Shown here: piece by piece, positions 37,566 through 50,545 of the stretch
Layout: every line of letters starts with the position of its first letter
Position numbering within the stretch: the stretch's first letter is position 1
Source: Euprymna scolopes
Taxonomy: Eukaryota
Assembly: GCA_053919585.1 (NCBI GenBank)
Contig: CM132788.1
Length of the DNA stretch: 64,000 bases
Reading direction: 5' to 3' (one strand)
Translations under genes and position numbers: made by a program
The notes under the pieces: model-generated
The model's input: the letters and a program-made list of their open reading frames with translations, nothing else
What the model was told of the DNA's origin: nothing
Database searches by the model: none

Positions 37566-38570
37566 AACATCACTTACCCATAAAAACACTATTCAATGAG
37601 TACTTTTATTCTTCATTATTAAGAATTTATCCATATTTATATTTTATATTCTATGTGATTTTTAAATAAAATACTGTTTTAAGCAAGTATTTAAAAAACG
37701 CGCGATCGGATGTTTTTCACAGTTGAAATAAAGGAAGCCCAATATCTGCTTATATCGCGTTGAATCTTCGGCGACACTAAGCGTCACAATTAATGTATTT
37801 TTCTAGTGCCTGTACTAAACCAAAATAAGTATTTTGGGTCCACCGTAGATGAAAATGAACATATTCACTTAATATGTTTTGCCGTTGAAAAACAAACCTA
37901 CTCTTCCCGATTTTAAAAATTCTCTTAATGCAATACACGAGTTTTAATATGCTATATATTTTCTACTTTATCCAGTGATTTTTTAATACCTAAAAAAAGA
38001 AAACATTGAATGAAATAGGAAAATTGTCGTCAGCATCCGATATTTACTTGAGTATGTAAGCATTACATGAGCGTTTACTTTTAAAATCAACGTGGTGTAA
38101 AAAATGTTTTACACTTTGAGCTTTATAAGGAAATTTCCAAGACTATTTTATTTATTGATATTTTATCTTCAAATTGTGATATATAAAACTTTGGTGCGTA
38201 AATTAATTATTCACTTTTTAATATACATTTCAAAATGGGTTGCGAATTTAAAAAAAATGTTTGTTTAAAATATTATATTCGGTTTATTGGAAAGAGCATA
38301 AAATGGCACATTGACACTGAAAATATCGTAATTTTTACTAATAGTAAAATTTTGATAGATTTTTTAATTTTAAAAATTGAAAAACAATTAACTCCATTAC
38401 GTAAAAAAACATGGATGCACTGTTTTTTGTAAATAAAAAATAATATTTCTATTATTTTTAAACAACTTTAATAGTTTATTTTGGAAGTATATTCCATAAA
38501 GAAAATTAACAACCCACTTTTAAAAGAGAAATTACGAGTTTTAAAAAAAATATTTTATTCGCAGTTTCAG
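37269..38570. mobile_element. Diverged copy of the 2870-3877 TIR element, interrupted by ~650 bp of unrelated sequence
   Basis: Begins ctaggtgt. Shares aagcttataactac..gaaaaatgtaattcaaac (37340) and 38085-38570 blocks (ttatattcggtttatt.gaaagagcat, aacaacccacttttaaaagaga.attacgagtttt) with 3200-3830. Confidence 0.8.
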
Positions 38571-41202
38571 GTTACATATATATATTATATATTCATTTNN
38601 NNNNNNNNNNNNNNNNNNNNNNNNNNNNNNNNNNNNNNNNNNNNNNNNNNNNNNNNNNNNNNNNNNNNNNNNNNNNNNNNNNNNNNNNNNNNNNNNNNNN
38701 NNNNNNNNNNNNNNNNNNNNNNNNNNNNTTAAGATAAATACAACTGCGGATATTTAAAGATGACTACCTTTCCTCAGCAGGGGAAGGAGCGTTCTAAAAA
38801 CACCCGTTTTTGCCATAAAGATTAACAATGGTACATAGACAAGACGAGCAAAATCTTTTTATAAAAAAGAGAAAAGAAAAGACGAGGGAATCAAATAACA
38901 ATGTTTAATTTGTGTATTTTGCTTTTTTCCCGTCTGCCTGGCTATCATAATCTCTCCTTTTCCCTTTTTCTCTCTCGGTTTCTCTCCGTATTTCTCTCTT
39001 TTTCTCTATCTTTCTCCCCCCCCCACACACACTCATATATAACTTAGATCAGCTCGATATGCTTGGCCTTTTAACCGTCTATCCGGTTTTTGACTTCCGG
39101 TTTCAAAAAATCTACCTGCGTATGTATTTCATAGCTGCGCGGTCTTAATTCGATATAAAACCACTGGTGCTATTCAAAGTATATACAAGGTCAACAACAT
39201 CGTTTTTGTTTTAACGGATTTAAACGTGTTTTCTTGGCAAATAAATGGAATTTACCCCCGTTGAGTTAAAAAAAAAAACTGAACTGAATATAAACATAAC
39301 TGTGGTCATATTTAAAACCGCATTTACTGCTTTTAGTATAGATCCTGTTGATTCTGACAATTTAATTTTTAGGCTTTACTTAAAAATATTTTCTCTTCGA
39401 GGAGGTGGAGCTAGAAACTTGGTTTTAGTAGTGCTTTTAGCACTTTATATTAATTAGTGGTTGCAGTAGTTACCTTGAGGCTTCCTGGTTGTTATTATTT
39501 CACTCATCCCTTTTAATCTTACCGTTTTAAGGACCAACGCGTAGACTAGTACATATATATATATGTATGTATATATATATGTGTGTGAGTGTGTGTGTGT
39601 GTGTGTGTTAGTACTTTTCTCTTAAAACAATAAAGCAGTTACTGTACGAGTTTTCGGCCATGTTTTTTTATTTTTAAATTACTAGTATTTTCGAAACGGC
39701 GTTATTTCTGAACTTGAAATTCTCTCGTTACATTAAATGGTATAATACCTGCTCTCTCTGTCCTCATATTAAATGATGGTTAAATGACTCATTTTGAAAA
39801 TTCACTTTAAAATTGCATTATACCAACGAAGATATAATGTTCCAAAGTTTTATCTTCACTTATAAATCATTGCTTGTTTACTATAAAATGATGAATTTAT
39901 GACGCTGGGTTTTGCTCTGCCCATAGTGCATCATTAACGATCGATTACATGTCAATACAAAAATTCTAATTCGATAGTAATATTTGTGTATATTGTTATC
40001 TTATGGCCATTTTTTGTTATAGAGACTAAGACGCATAGAGACCCTTCTGGTCAGATCGCAGACAAAAATTATAAATACTTCCTTTAGGAGTGTAGGTGGC
40101 ATGAAAAAGGTTTACACATGAGAAACCGGTAGTTGAGTAATCAGACTGTAACTGTAAGGCAAAATAGGGATCTAGCCTGGATAGATTATTTAAAAAAAGT
40201 CTATAATAATACGTCATACACGTAACTACTGCGATAATTGTAATGATATAAGTACTACGAGATAATCAAGAAAACAATAGCTTGCGAAATAAATGTGACA
40301 CGCAACCATGTTATAAAGCCAGAAAAATAGAGCAAAAGCACTCACTGAACAAAATATCCGAAATGAAATCTTCCCTGAACATAGTTTATAATAGTTTTTC
40401 TTTTGCCTTGCGAGAAATCTGTTAAGTAAACTACTGAATAAATATCGAAGTTAGTACAATTTTGTCAAGGACTCTAACAAGACTGCAACAAATGAACCAA
40501 CTACCTGCTCTTCATGAATAAACTTGAGCTTTAAGCAGCTAATACATGAGCTGAAATCGAAGTTTACAGGTGTTACATAAGATAAACAAAACATTGGAGT
40601 ACATTTAAACCGTGATAAATATCCCTATTACTCTATCTAAGCAGAGTAAAAAGACCAAAATTTATTTCATTTTATTAAGCTTAATAAAGACTGACAGCAT
40701 ATACTTAAAAGAGCACGAATCAAATAACGGTACCAGTGCATAATTTGGACAAGTAACTCAGCATCCGATAGGCTTTGCTCGGAAGAGAGCGCCCTGAGCT
40801 CGGGTTTGATTGTAATGTGATGTAAGATGTCGATTAGCTAATCAATGCACTGCAAAGTAGCCAACGAACTTTTCGAAACAAAATTGGAAGGAAATTAAAA
40901 TCATTAAATTCTTTAAGCAGCACCCATTTGTAACAACCATTTTCTGAAAACGGTGTAAACAAAAAAAAAAAAAAATTGGAAATATTTAGAAAAATATTTG
41001 ATGACGCCAGAACAAGCGGTCTCATATTGTCAACAAAAAAAAATTATCTGCTGAATCCCCCTTCTCCCCTCCAAAAAACAAACGAAAATAAACAAAAAAA
41101 AATGCGTTTTCGGTGGCGAGAAATGCATCATCGCCAAAATAATATCTGACAAGAATAGATGTGAGTGGAGATGCCTACGCACGCAATGCACCACTAACCT
41201 TC

Positions 41203-41320
41203 CCATGTTAAGAACGGCTTTCGAAAAACACCCCGATCCACCATGTTAGAACAGCTTTCGGAATAAACACCCACACCTACCTATGTTAAGAACTGCTTTC
41301 GGAATAGACACCCCTTCCCA
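41203..41320. repeat. Three tandem ~38-40 bp units (c[c/t]atgtta[a]gaacNgctttcg.aa.a.acaccc)
   Basis: Direct comparison of units starting at 41203, 41241 and 41281. Confidence 0.85.
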
Positions 41321-43013
41321 ACTTCTTTATTTAAAAAAAAAAATATTTTACTGCAAAAAAAACATAACTTATTAATCTTATTCTTGAAAAAAAGTCATTT
41401 ATTGTTAGACAAACAATTAAAACACTTTGCTTATCTGTTTTCTCTTGAACTTTTCGTTTGACCAAAAAACAAAACGAACTGCAGCAAAAAAAAAAATTAT
41501 TATATTGCAAAAAAAAAAAAAAATAAAACAGAAAACTTGTTACTGTAGGTCGTTGTTTCTTGGTTTATTTTTTGCTTTGTTTGTCTCTTTTGCTATATTT
41601 ATTATGTTTCTCTCCTTTTTATATCAGCATCTCTTACGCTTTCATTATCAACGGAGTTCGGCGGTTAACGTCATATTCCAAGGAACGCCGATCGGACGCT
41701 GTGTTCCGCCTGGTTAATTTATGCACAAGTACCTAAAATAACTCATTTGTAATAGAAGAAGTCACTTTATTTAAACATGCCAATATGATAGAAAGATTGG
41801 TAGAAAATGATTTCATCGTGTAAGAAAAAAGTTGTAACACACAGCCCATAAACAAAAAAGTAACATTCATCTACAGACTTACTGTGTCAGTGATAACATA
41901 GAGATGTTATATTAATTAATTACACAGACAGATATTATTATGCTTAACAGAAACATCAGAAAAAGTGTCAACACATCAGAAAATCAATGTTTAATAAGTG
42001 TTGCTCTGCCCCGAGGAACATAACATTCAGGAATTTAAAGCTAAAACCTATTATGTCTGTGATCCTAAATATTGCGATTGGATCTTAAAATTAAGACAGA
42101 AAAAACAGTAGAACAATCGCTTATACAATTTTGATACAACATTTCAGATAACAATATCTTACAAAGAGATTGACTAAACGAGTCTTTCACGGAAACACCT
42201 AAATGAGGCGTTAGAAATTCAGCATGAAGTCACTTTGCAGATAACTAATAGGGTGAGTCGACTAACAAAGTGCTAGATATTTTTCAGTAATCCATTTATA
42301 AAAACATAGATAAAAAACACCCGGTGAAAAAAAGCTGGTTTTACTATGATCATGCGTTGATAATAATTAATGTCTAGGATTAAGACTTTATTACCTGGGA
42401 TTTTATGAAAAAAGATGTGTTCAGCAACAGGAACAAGTGTGTGGTCTGTCAGAGAGAAGTAGAGAGTGTGAGCTACAATATATCAAATAATAACGTTTAT
42501 CTATGGACGGACTAATATACAATGCAACGAAATAAAGTAGAAATAGCTTTTCAGTACCATCTGTACAAAATTAATTTCAAATATAGCAGCATGTCCTGAG
42601 AACATATATCAGACATAATATTGGTTATATACAATAATATAACTATCCAATTTGTTGTTATAGCCGATATACTTACAGGGAACTGCACTGACTACGTAAT
42701 ACACATAGTTTAGTTCATTTTCGTTAATGGTGCAGACTAAACAGAATTGAGGCAGAGATGATTACGAAATACAATTGCCTTATGCACGACAAAAAAAAAA
42801 CAATAATGCAAGTAATTATAGAATCAAGCGATCCCATGTAAAACATTTTAAATAAATATCTGAATATTACACCTGGTGAATCAGGTACATTAGTGTTTAA
42901 AACGATTACGCATTGTAAGAAACGTAAAACCGATCACTCAGCCTGAAATAGCGAGATATTGTCAGTGAGTAGGATACGCAGTGGCTAGAGAAATAAAATG
43001 ATAATTGTAAACA

Positions 43014-43030
43014 ACACACACACACATACC

Positions 43031-43100
<70 letters not shown>
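43014..43100. repeat. (CA)n-(TA)n compound microsatellite
   Basis: Direct reading. Confidence 0.95.
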
Positions 43101-43103
<3 letters not shown>

Positions 43104-43552
43104 TCCCTGCAACCTCCTACCCACAGAAGAGAAGTTGCGAATATGTCTCTGTTTTATCGCTATTTTCATGGCAAGTGTTCATCTGAACTTCAACCAATGG
43201 TCACCTCTCGCCAGACTTTCAGGAAAAACACTCGTCTAGCGCAAACCACTATCAACAATTTCCCACACTATTTATCAGTGCCGTAACCTAAACGTAGACT
43301 ACATGAACAAAACTTATTTATTAGAACTGCACACCTGTGGAATTCTCTTCCGTTTGCCTGTTTTCTAGTTGATTACAATCTGTTTTCATGTCCAATGTAG
43401 AAAAGTTCTTGATGAAACGTCATCCTAAGAAACCCAATTCACAAAATTTCCATTACTTATGTTTACTACGCTATAATCGCAACGAATAATGTATACCCAT
43501 TAACCCTTATCCGCGAGTGGCCTCCGGACCTTGATAAGTGGTTACCTCTATG

Positions 43553-43553
<1 letters not shown>
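43101..43553 (+). mobile_element. Decayed CR1/L2-group LINE, family A, copy 3, flanked by microsatellites
   Basis: Homologous to 9810-10240 (cacagaagaga.gttgcga..ttttatcg.tattttcatggca.gtg; aacccttatcc..gagtggc.tccgg.c.ttgataagtggt). The tail runs into (TA)n. Confidence 0.88.
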
Positions 43554-43621
<68 letters not shown>

Positions 43622-43865
43622 CGCAAATTTTACAAAAATCCAACTTCTTACGTTTACTACGCTATTATTAATTATAACAGCCGTGTTACGGATCAGATTA
43701 AACGTTGTTTTACTTCAGTGGACATTTGTTTGTAAATAACCATACATATTCAGGGCTTTAACATCGGTGATCAAATTATTATACATAAGGAAGTTTGATG
43801 ATAGCGTTTCTAGGCAGTAATCTAATATTTTATAGGGCCTGATTCAGAATGTGCCCTACTCTAGC

Positions 43866-43906
43866 TGCACGGAAGAGCTGTAATATAGTGAAACGATCTG
43901 TCTGTG
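43866..43906 (+). ncRNA. Degenerate minimal hammerhead motif (U4>G)
   Basis: tgca-CGGAAGA-gctg-taata-tagt-GAAA-cgatctg-TC-tgtg. Stems I and II pair with G-U wobbles, stem III is near-palindromic, and the triplet is GUC. Confidence 0.55.
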
Positions 43907-43909
43907 AAT

Positions 43910-43966
<57 letters not shown>

Positions 43967-44246
43967 GATCATTATGTACCATCTTCTTCCAATTACGGGA
44001 TTTCCTTGGATTTTACTTGTGCAAATAGAAATGCTTTTAACTTTTTTGAAGTTATACATTTCGATTTTACTGTCACTGGATTATTTATCTTCCACCAGAC
44101 TATCCATTCATTTGTAATCACTTTTCTCTTCACCATATTCCCTCTGCTTCACTTTTTTTGTTTTCAAGTAAGGTCTTTGACTTACTTGTTGTTTCATCAA
44201 ATACTTCTGCATGCAAAATTCGATCCCGCATTTTGCTAATTCCTAC

Positions 44247-44293
44247 CCTCTGATGAGCAGGAAAGTATTTCTTCGAAACTCCGCGGATTAAGG
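44247..44293 (+). ncRNA. Minimal type-I hammerhead motif in a PLE-like T-rich tail
   Basis: cct-CTGATGA-gcaggaa-agta-tttcttc-GAAA-ctccgcggat-TA-agg. Intact core, 6/7 bp stem II, palindrome tccgcgga in stem III, 3 bp stem I. Confidence 0.65.
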
Positions 44294-44532
44294 ACTATCC
44301 ACTTATCTAGTGTTTCTTTTTCAGATTAAATATGTTTTTAACTCATTTAAAAATGTGTTTTAACATGTTTTATTAACTGTTTGCTCGTATTATAAGCTCT
44401 ATTTCCTATTTGGTTTTATCGAGCCTTTTCATCTGGCTGAGATAATTCATAAATATTAATTCTTTAATATTTATAATATACTTTAATTTTACCATCTTGG
44501 ATCATTTTGGTAAATTTAATTTTAATTTTTAA

Positions 44533-44573
<41 letters not shown>

Positions 44574-47500
44574 TTTCACATTCATATATGACTATATATA
44601 TATACATATATAAAGTAAAATGTAAAGGGCATAAATAAAAACTGTTCAATTATTTGACCTTTCATTTCCTTTTGTTTTTTCTTTTATTTCTAAAAACAGA
44701 AATATTTTAAAACAGTCTTTTTATATTCTTTCATGTATATGACTCATTTATCTCAAAGGTTTAGGTGTAGAGAAAATAGTTAAATTAGATATCCCCGTGT
44801 AACATCGTTCAAAGGCAAACACTCTCATGTATATAAGTACATCAATTCGACACGATTTTATGTATAAAAGGTTTCGAAATTTAAAAAAAAACATCTTGTG
44901 TAAATACGGAAAGGCGGTTTGAAATAGATTTAATTATCGCAGAGAATTGAAATTTGTGAATAACATAAAATATCGTTTTGATTTAATTAATCTATTCTGA
45001 CAAAAGTAAGATTAGTGAATACCAATTAAAAGCATACAAAAGGCTTCATTAACAAAGAGCAGTTCTCAATCAGAATAAAATGATAATCGGAATACGCCGA
45101 CCAAATATCACAAGAATAATGGCATAGAGTATATGTAGATAAACACTGAAATGTGAATCTTTATTCTAAACGGAATGGTGATCTTTAGGCACATTTAGTT
45201 AATAAACGTGATGTACATGCTTTTATAATATCGTAGCAGTTCCGGTTGTCATTGCAGTATAAACACAATGATACAGCCGTGTCTTCTTCGGAAATCAAAG
45301 TTCTTTGATAACTGATATAACAAGGATGCATTTGTGATCCTAGAGGAATAGACCACATAGTAACATTCCTTTAGCTACTATTGTATTATTTGTATTCAAT
45401 ATTTAGTTGGATTTATAATAGTTATTTCATAGTTTAAGATTTTTAATATCTATTTTTTTACTTTAACTTTTTCATACAAAACAATGCATATGGTCACTTA
45501 AAGCGTAATTGATTACTGTGATAGGTACCATGATGTAAGAAAGACATTTTAGTGTGGATTTTGGAATCAAGATATTTGTCTACATCACTTGTAAACATTG
45601 GCACGGTTTGCACGATCCGAAAAAAAGAAGTGCTCAGAGTAAAATATCTACAAGCTCTAAGGAACCTTTACAATAAAGCTATGAAGGTTTGCTTTAGTTG
45701 AGTGGATCAAATGTATTGAATCAGGCATTTATAAAATCTCATATTTTCTTAATATTTCTCTCTTAACAGTGTCTGGTTCTTTCTCTGGAATTGGAGCAAT
45801 AATAACACCGGTTATATAAAAGTATTTTGTTTAATTACGCGATTACATTAATCACTAATCTAATGCTTTCTTTTTGTATTTCAGGTTCGTTTTCGTAAAA
45901 AGGGTTTTAATTCATTATTATTTTAGTTTGTTTTTCTTTTTAAATAAAAGATATAATCGTCCTAGCAGTGAGCATTGAAAGATATGACAGTAAAAAATTA
46001 ATAGAATAGTATAGCTATATCAATCTGTATAATTAAGACCCTGGATATTTTCAGTATACTTTTTTCCCCTATGCAATATGCAACATTTTTCAGGTGAGAC
46101 TTCTCAAACAGTAATTATTAAATAGAATTGTTCGTATTTCGACGCACTCTCAAGCTAAAGTTTTTTTTTTTAGATTTATTCCTCGTTATATACTGCTTCG
46201 TTTACCATGACAGGAAAGAATTTATAAACAAATCAATTATATTTGTCGTATCGCATTTGATAAATATTGAAGAGTCAAGCCCCTTCGAAAAGAATACCAC
46301 TTAGATTTTTTATCTGTTTAGCGACATTGGCATACAAATACACATACAATCTTAATCTAAAAAATAGTAATTATCAATTATAATCTAAAAATTATTCCCA
46401 AATTATATAGTTTCGTTTTCACTCACACTAATAACAAATGTCTATTTGTAAGCATGTATGTCCCTCTTGCGGTGGGAAGATATTAAAAAGTGGACAGTCA
46501 GCTCGAGAAGGTAACGCCCTAGAGGAGTGTAAATCAGGATTGGCAAAATATCTGAGCATCTGTATCGGTATTCCTCGGTACTCTCGCCTTAGGCGATAAG
46601 TTATAAACGTGCAATTTTCGCAAAGCGAGATGGCAAAGTCTATAAGGGTTGACTTCCTAGAACTGCACTAGATGTGTTACATACGCGAATTAACAGAGAA
46701 CAAGACAATTCAACAACAAACTATAATTTGTTGTATTTGATTCTGAAGATAAACTGCTGACTGACGACTGACATGCATTACATAATAGTAAGAATCGTTA
46801 TTAGAAGAAAATATTGGTATATTTAACATCATGTTTTGCTTGATATATGTCTAGTTCTTCGTATATTAACTTCGATGACTGTCATAAGATCATGGTAATC
46901 GAAAACTATCTAGTTATTTTATCGATTCCTAGAATATAGCTATGCATTTTCTGTTTTTCTTACTGTTTCTTAGTTTTTGTTCAATCAGAAACAATCGCTT
47001 CTCACATATTTCATAGTTTCATTTTTATTTATTTTTCAGGAAGAAATCGGCTTTATTTTGTTTGCGTTTGAAATTCTATTTATATTGCTGTTTAAAAATG
47101 TAGAATATAAGTAATTCCCATCAACTGTTTGGTTTCGAAACAAAAGAAACCAACAAATATTAATATTCCCTCTAATTCAAAAGGAAATATGGTTGTTGTG
47201 TGTTTAATACTCTGAGTGCAACATGAAAGCTTTAATTTTATACGAAATGATAAATCCTGTTGGGAATATCTATTTCTATGAATGTACCTTTTCTTCTTTA
47301 TTTGTTAAGAAAGAAGGAGTCACACTTTATTGCTTTCCGTTAAAGAATCATTATTAATTCTGAAACACGCTCGAAACAAAAGGAGATTGAAAATAAGCAA
47401 GTGGCTGCATATGTCATGTGTGACTGACGTATCATGTAAGTATGCGGCTATTTCAGGAAATTACACGGTGATTCTGTTTGTAACATATTTAATGCTTAAT

Positions 47501-47735
47501 ATAACAAATAGTTGTAAATCATATGTGCCTAGAGTGGTGTGACATATGCGATATTATTGCTCAAATTCACAAAGAAACAAAGATGATACATGGTTGTGAT
47601 AAGTTGGTCATTGCTTAGTTGAATATGCGATTTCAGATTGAAAGTCAGAATCGAAGGATATTTGTAGATGCAACATAACTACAGTGTGGGAAATTGTAGT
47701 TTAAGAGGATCAATAAGGATACAGTTGCAGCAACA

Positions 47736-47736
<1 letters not shown>

Positions 47737-47822
<86 letters not shown>
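47737..47822. repeat. (TAA)n microsatellite
   Basis: Direct reading; it is the source of the spurious poly-I and poly-L ORFs. Confidence 0.97.
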
Positions 47823-47823
<1 letters not shown>

Positions 47824-47984
47824 TTTCACGTTCCAAATTTTCTCTTTCTTAGATTTATAGAATTCAAATTCATTGTACTCGGTTGAGTACCAAAGGTTTT
47901 ACTTGGTTAAAAAGTATTAAAATGAAATATTTTTCTGTTATTGATTTGATTTTACGACACATCCTTTGTCATTAAGACACTACC

Positions 47985-48040
47985 TTTTTATCTTTTTTTT
48001 TTATTTACTTGGGAGCCACCACTTATCAAGGTCCGAACAT
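47985..48040 (-). mobile_element. Extreme 3' end of LINE family A (severely truncated)
   Basis: Minus strand cggaccttgataagtggtgg...gtaaataaaaaaaa matches the 3' terminal motif of the 10.2 and 43.5 kb copies plus an A-rich tail. Confidence 0.6.
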
Positions 48041-48782
48041 AATGGTTTATAAATGTAAGGTAGAGGAAAATATTTAATGAATCTAGGGTAGCAGTGAAGA
48101 AATCGTTAATAGTGTAAATTGGATATAAGAATTTGAAATATATAAATAAAACATAACTATTTGAAACTGAGGAACACTTTTTTTCTCTATGCAGTGAACA
48201 ACCATGAGAATTTGTATACCCAATAGAGTGGATTGATTTAAGGCTTATCAATTTGAATAATTTTCAGATGTAACCATTACTTCAATTAGGCACTGAAATG
48301 CTTAATAAATGTAATTTTAGTTTGTTAGCTCTGCATGATTAAGTTACAATTATCGCAAATATGCAAAAAAATTGTGGATATAAACTCTACATATCTAATC
48401 CGACGATCATTTATCTTATAACACATTTACACGGCGAGATTATGCACACCAGCATAATGACCTTTTGAGCTTTCCTCATATAAGCGAGACGTCTATGTGT
48501 TAATTATAGTATCACAAGCATAGAGTAACGCCTTGTTTCATCCGATTCGTTGTTACAAAATGTGAAATAGTAGTTTTGTGTATAGAGAGTTGTTCTTTAT
48601 TTAGTACTAAACTTAACACTTCTACTTATCTTTCCGTGTTTTTTTCTGTATCTGCCTGCAACAAGGATAACATATTATTGCAATTATAATTTTAAAAAAA
48701 TCGTTTATGGGTTAAATATTTTTAGTTATGTTCCGTTAATATGCCTTTGGTATAATAGACTGTTTATGTTTTTATAAATTTA

Positions 48783-49624
48783 CAGGGTGTAACGATAAAA
48801 TTGTTCCCCTCGAAAAGACGACAGGATTCCATTTCCGTTCGATGAAAACCAGTTTTATTTTTTGTTGCAGAGAATCTACTAGTTTACTAGTTGCGTATAA
48901 ATCCCAGGAGCTTTCTGTCATGTGTGAAAGTGACACACTGTTCAACAAGCAAGATCAAAGATGTGTCACTGCACAACTTATGCTCTTTACTGATTCAAGT
49001 TATGACAACACGACCATTGCCAGCAAACTTAAAATGCAGATCTGGGCGGCTCAACGCCTGAGTCTTGCGAAGGTTTGAGCCACGGTTATGGTCTTTAGTA
49101 TGGTTTTAAATGATGATCAGATCATGCTTATCTACATCTTTGAAGACGGCTTGAAAGTGTTCCAAGATGTGCTTAAGAGTGTGGTGTCTCTTGGTGCAAT
49201 CAGGTGACCTCTGCCAGCCTCTAGGTGTGACAGCAGGCCCCGACATCGGCTCGAAAACCAAAGAGATGCAGACTTGGCTTTAGAAGGAGAGCTACGACGT
49301 TGTGCCCTTTTTTCACTGAACCCGCTGGATTTCGTTTGATAATACGTCGAGAACATCACCAACATGACTTCATACAACAACGAAGCTAGGCTGATCGCCG
49401 CCATCCACCCAGTATTCGCCAAGCTCCTTCCAGTGCTTGTGGAAAAGGCACGCTCACAGTTTCGGAACCGTATCGATGCAGTGATTGAGGATGCAGGCGG
49501 CTACATTAAATAGAGGTCAGCTCTATTACGTAATCACGTAACCTTAACAAATTTTTCAATAAATGTTTTACAATAAAGGTTAGTTTAATTTTATTTAGGG
49601 CGACGCATATATTGTTCCACCTTG
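48783..49624 (+). mobile_element. Tc1/mariner (maT-like, DD37D) non-autonomous element, copy 4, with TIRs and TA TSD
   Basis: ta|cagggtgtaacgataaaattg...attgttccaccttg|ta. Internal remnants LNPLD, YVENITNMTS and KARSQFRNRIDAVIEDAGGYIK*. Confidence 0.9.
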
Positions 49625-50476
49625 TAGCCAACAATATAAAATATTAGCATTGTTTCTGAACTCAGTATCAATATATAGAACTGAGTCTTCCTTACTTGCT
49701 CTCATGTTCTTATATTAAACAATGCTTTGTTATCCGGAATTGTGAAACATTATTTCCTAAATTGTTAACTTAAACTTTATCGGAAAAAGGCATTTTATAA
49801 TAATATGGAAATATGGAAGTTTCATTTCTCAGCCAAGTACCTGACGTATGACTTCACTACATTTTTTTACATTCTGAAGTAAGTTATCGTTATGCGGTAA
49901 TTTATTAAATATAATTCCGTATTCAAGTATTACTTACTTCATCCTTGTATTTTTTATTTATGTGGAAATTTATGCATTAAGAGTAAATGTGTTTTTCTAT
50001 TAAAGGTACATATAAATTACAACAAGCGTAAAGAATACATTGTAAGTTCTATATGTTGAAAAAATTTTAATCTAGTGTTCAATCAATATATTTCCGCCGT
50101 GTATCCATTTTTTAAATCTTTAAACGAAATACATAAAAGTTTAAATGTGATATTTATCATACAAGAAGTTGTCATTATAAATGCAGTCTAATTCCGCCAT
50201 TTTGATACGCGCCTTTCGCGTCTGAAAATATTAAGCGTTTTGCGTATATATTCAAACTCAGTGTGTTAATTAGGTTTATAACATCGTAGGTTATTTTAAT
50301 ATCATAACATGTTCTGTTAAACATCTATTTTTCATTACATAGCAAATTAGGTAAATTCCGTTAAAGATACGACGTAATACTTTTATAGATATTAATATTC
50401 AGTGTTAATCTAAAATGGCAGGAGGAAAATTAAAAGTGTGAAAGCTCAGTGCAAGCTATATCATACACCAAGCTTA

Positions 50477-50545
50477 AGTATATCATAGCATAGTATATCA
50501 TAGCAAAGTATATCATAGTAAAACATAGCAAAGTATGTCATACAT
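50477..50545. repeat. Short tandem repeat of ~15 bp (agtatatcatagca[a/t])
   Basis: Direct reading; 3-4 degenerate units. Confidence 0.75.

Noticed and set aside
45870-47045. Polypyrimidine-AG acceptor-like sites (e.g. ~45884, 46093, 47039)
   Set aside because: No downstream open exon with a donor site or coding character; such motifs are frequent in AT-rich DNA.
47645-47886. Poly-Leu / poly-Ile ORFs
   Set aside because: They are translations of a (TAA)n microsatellite.
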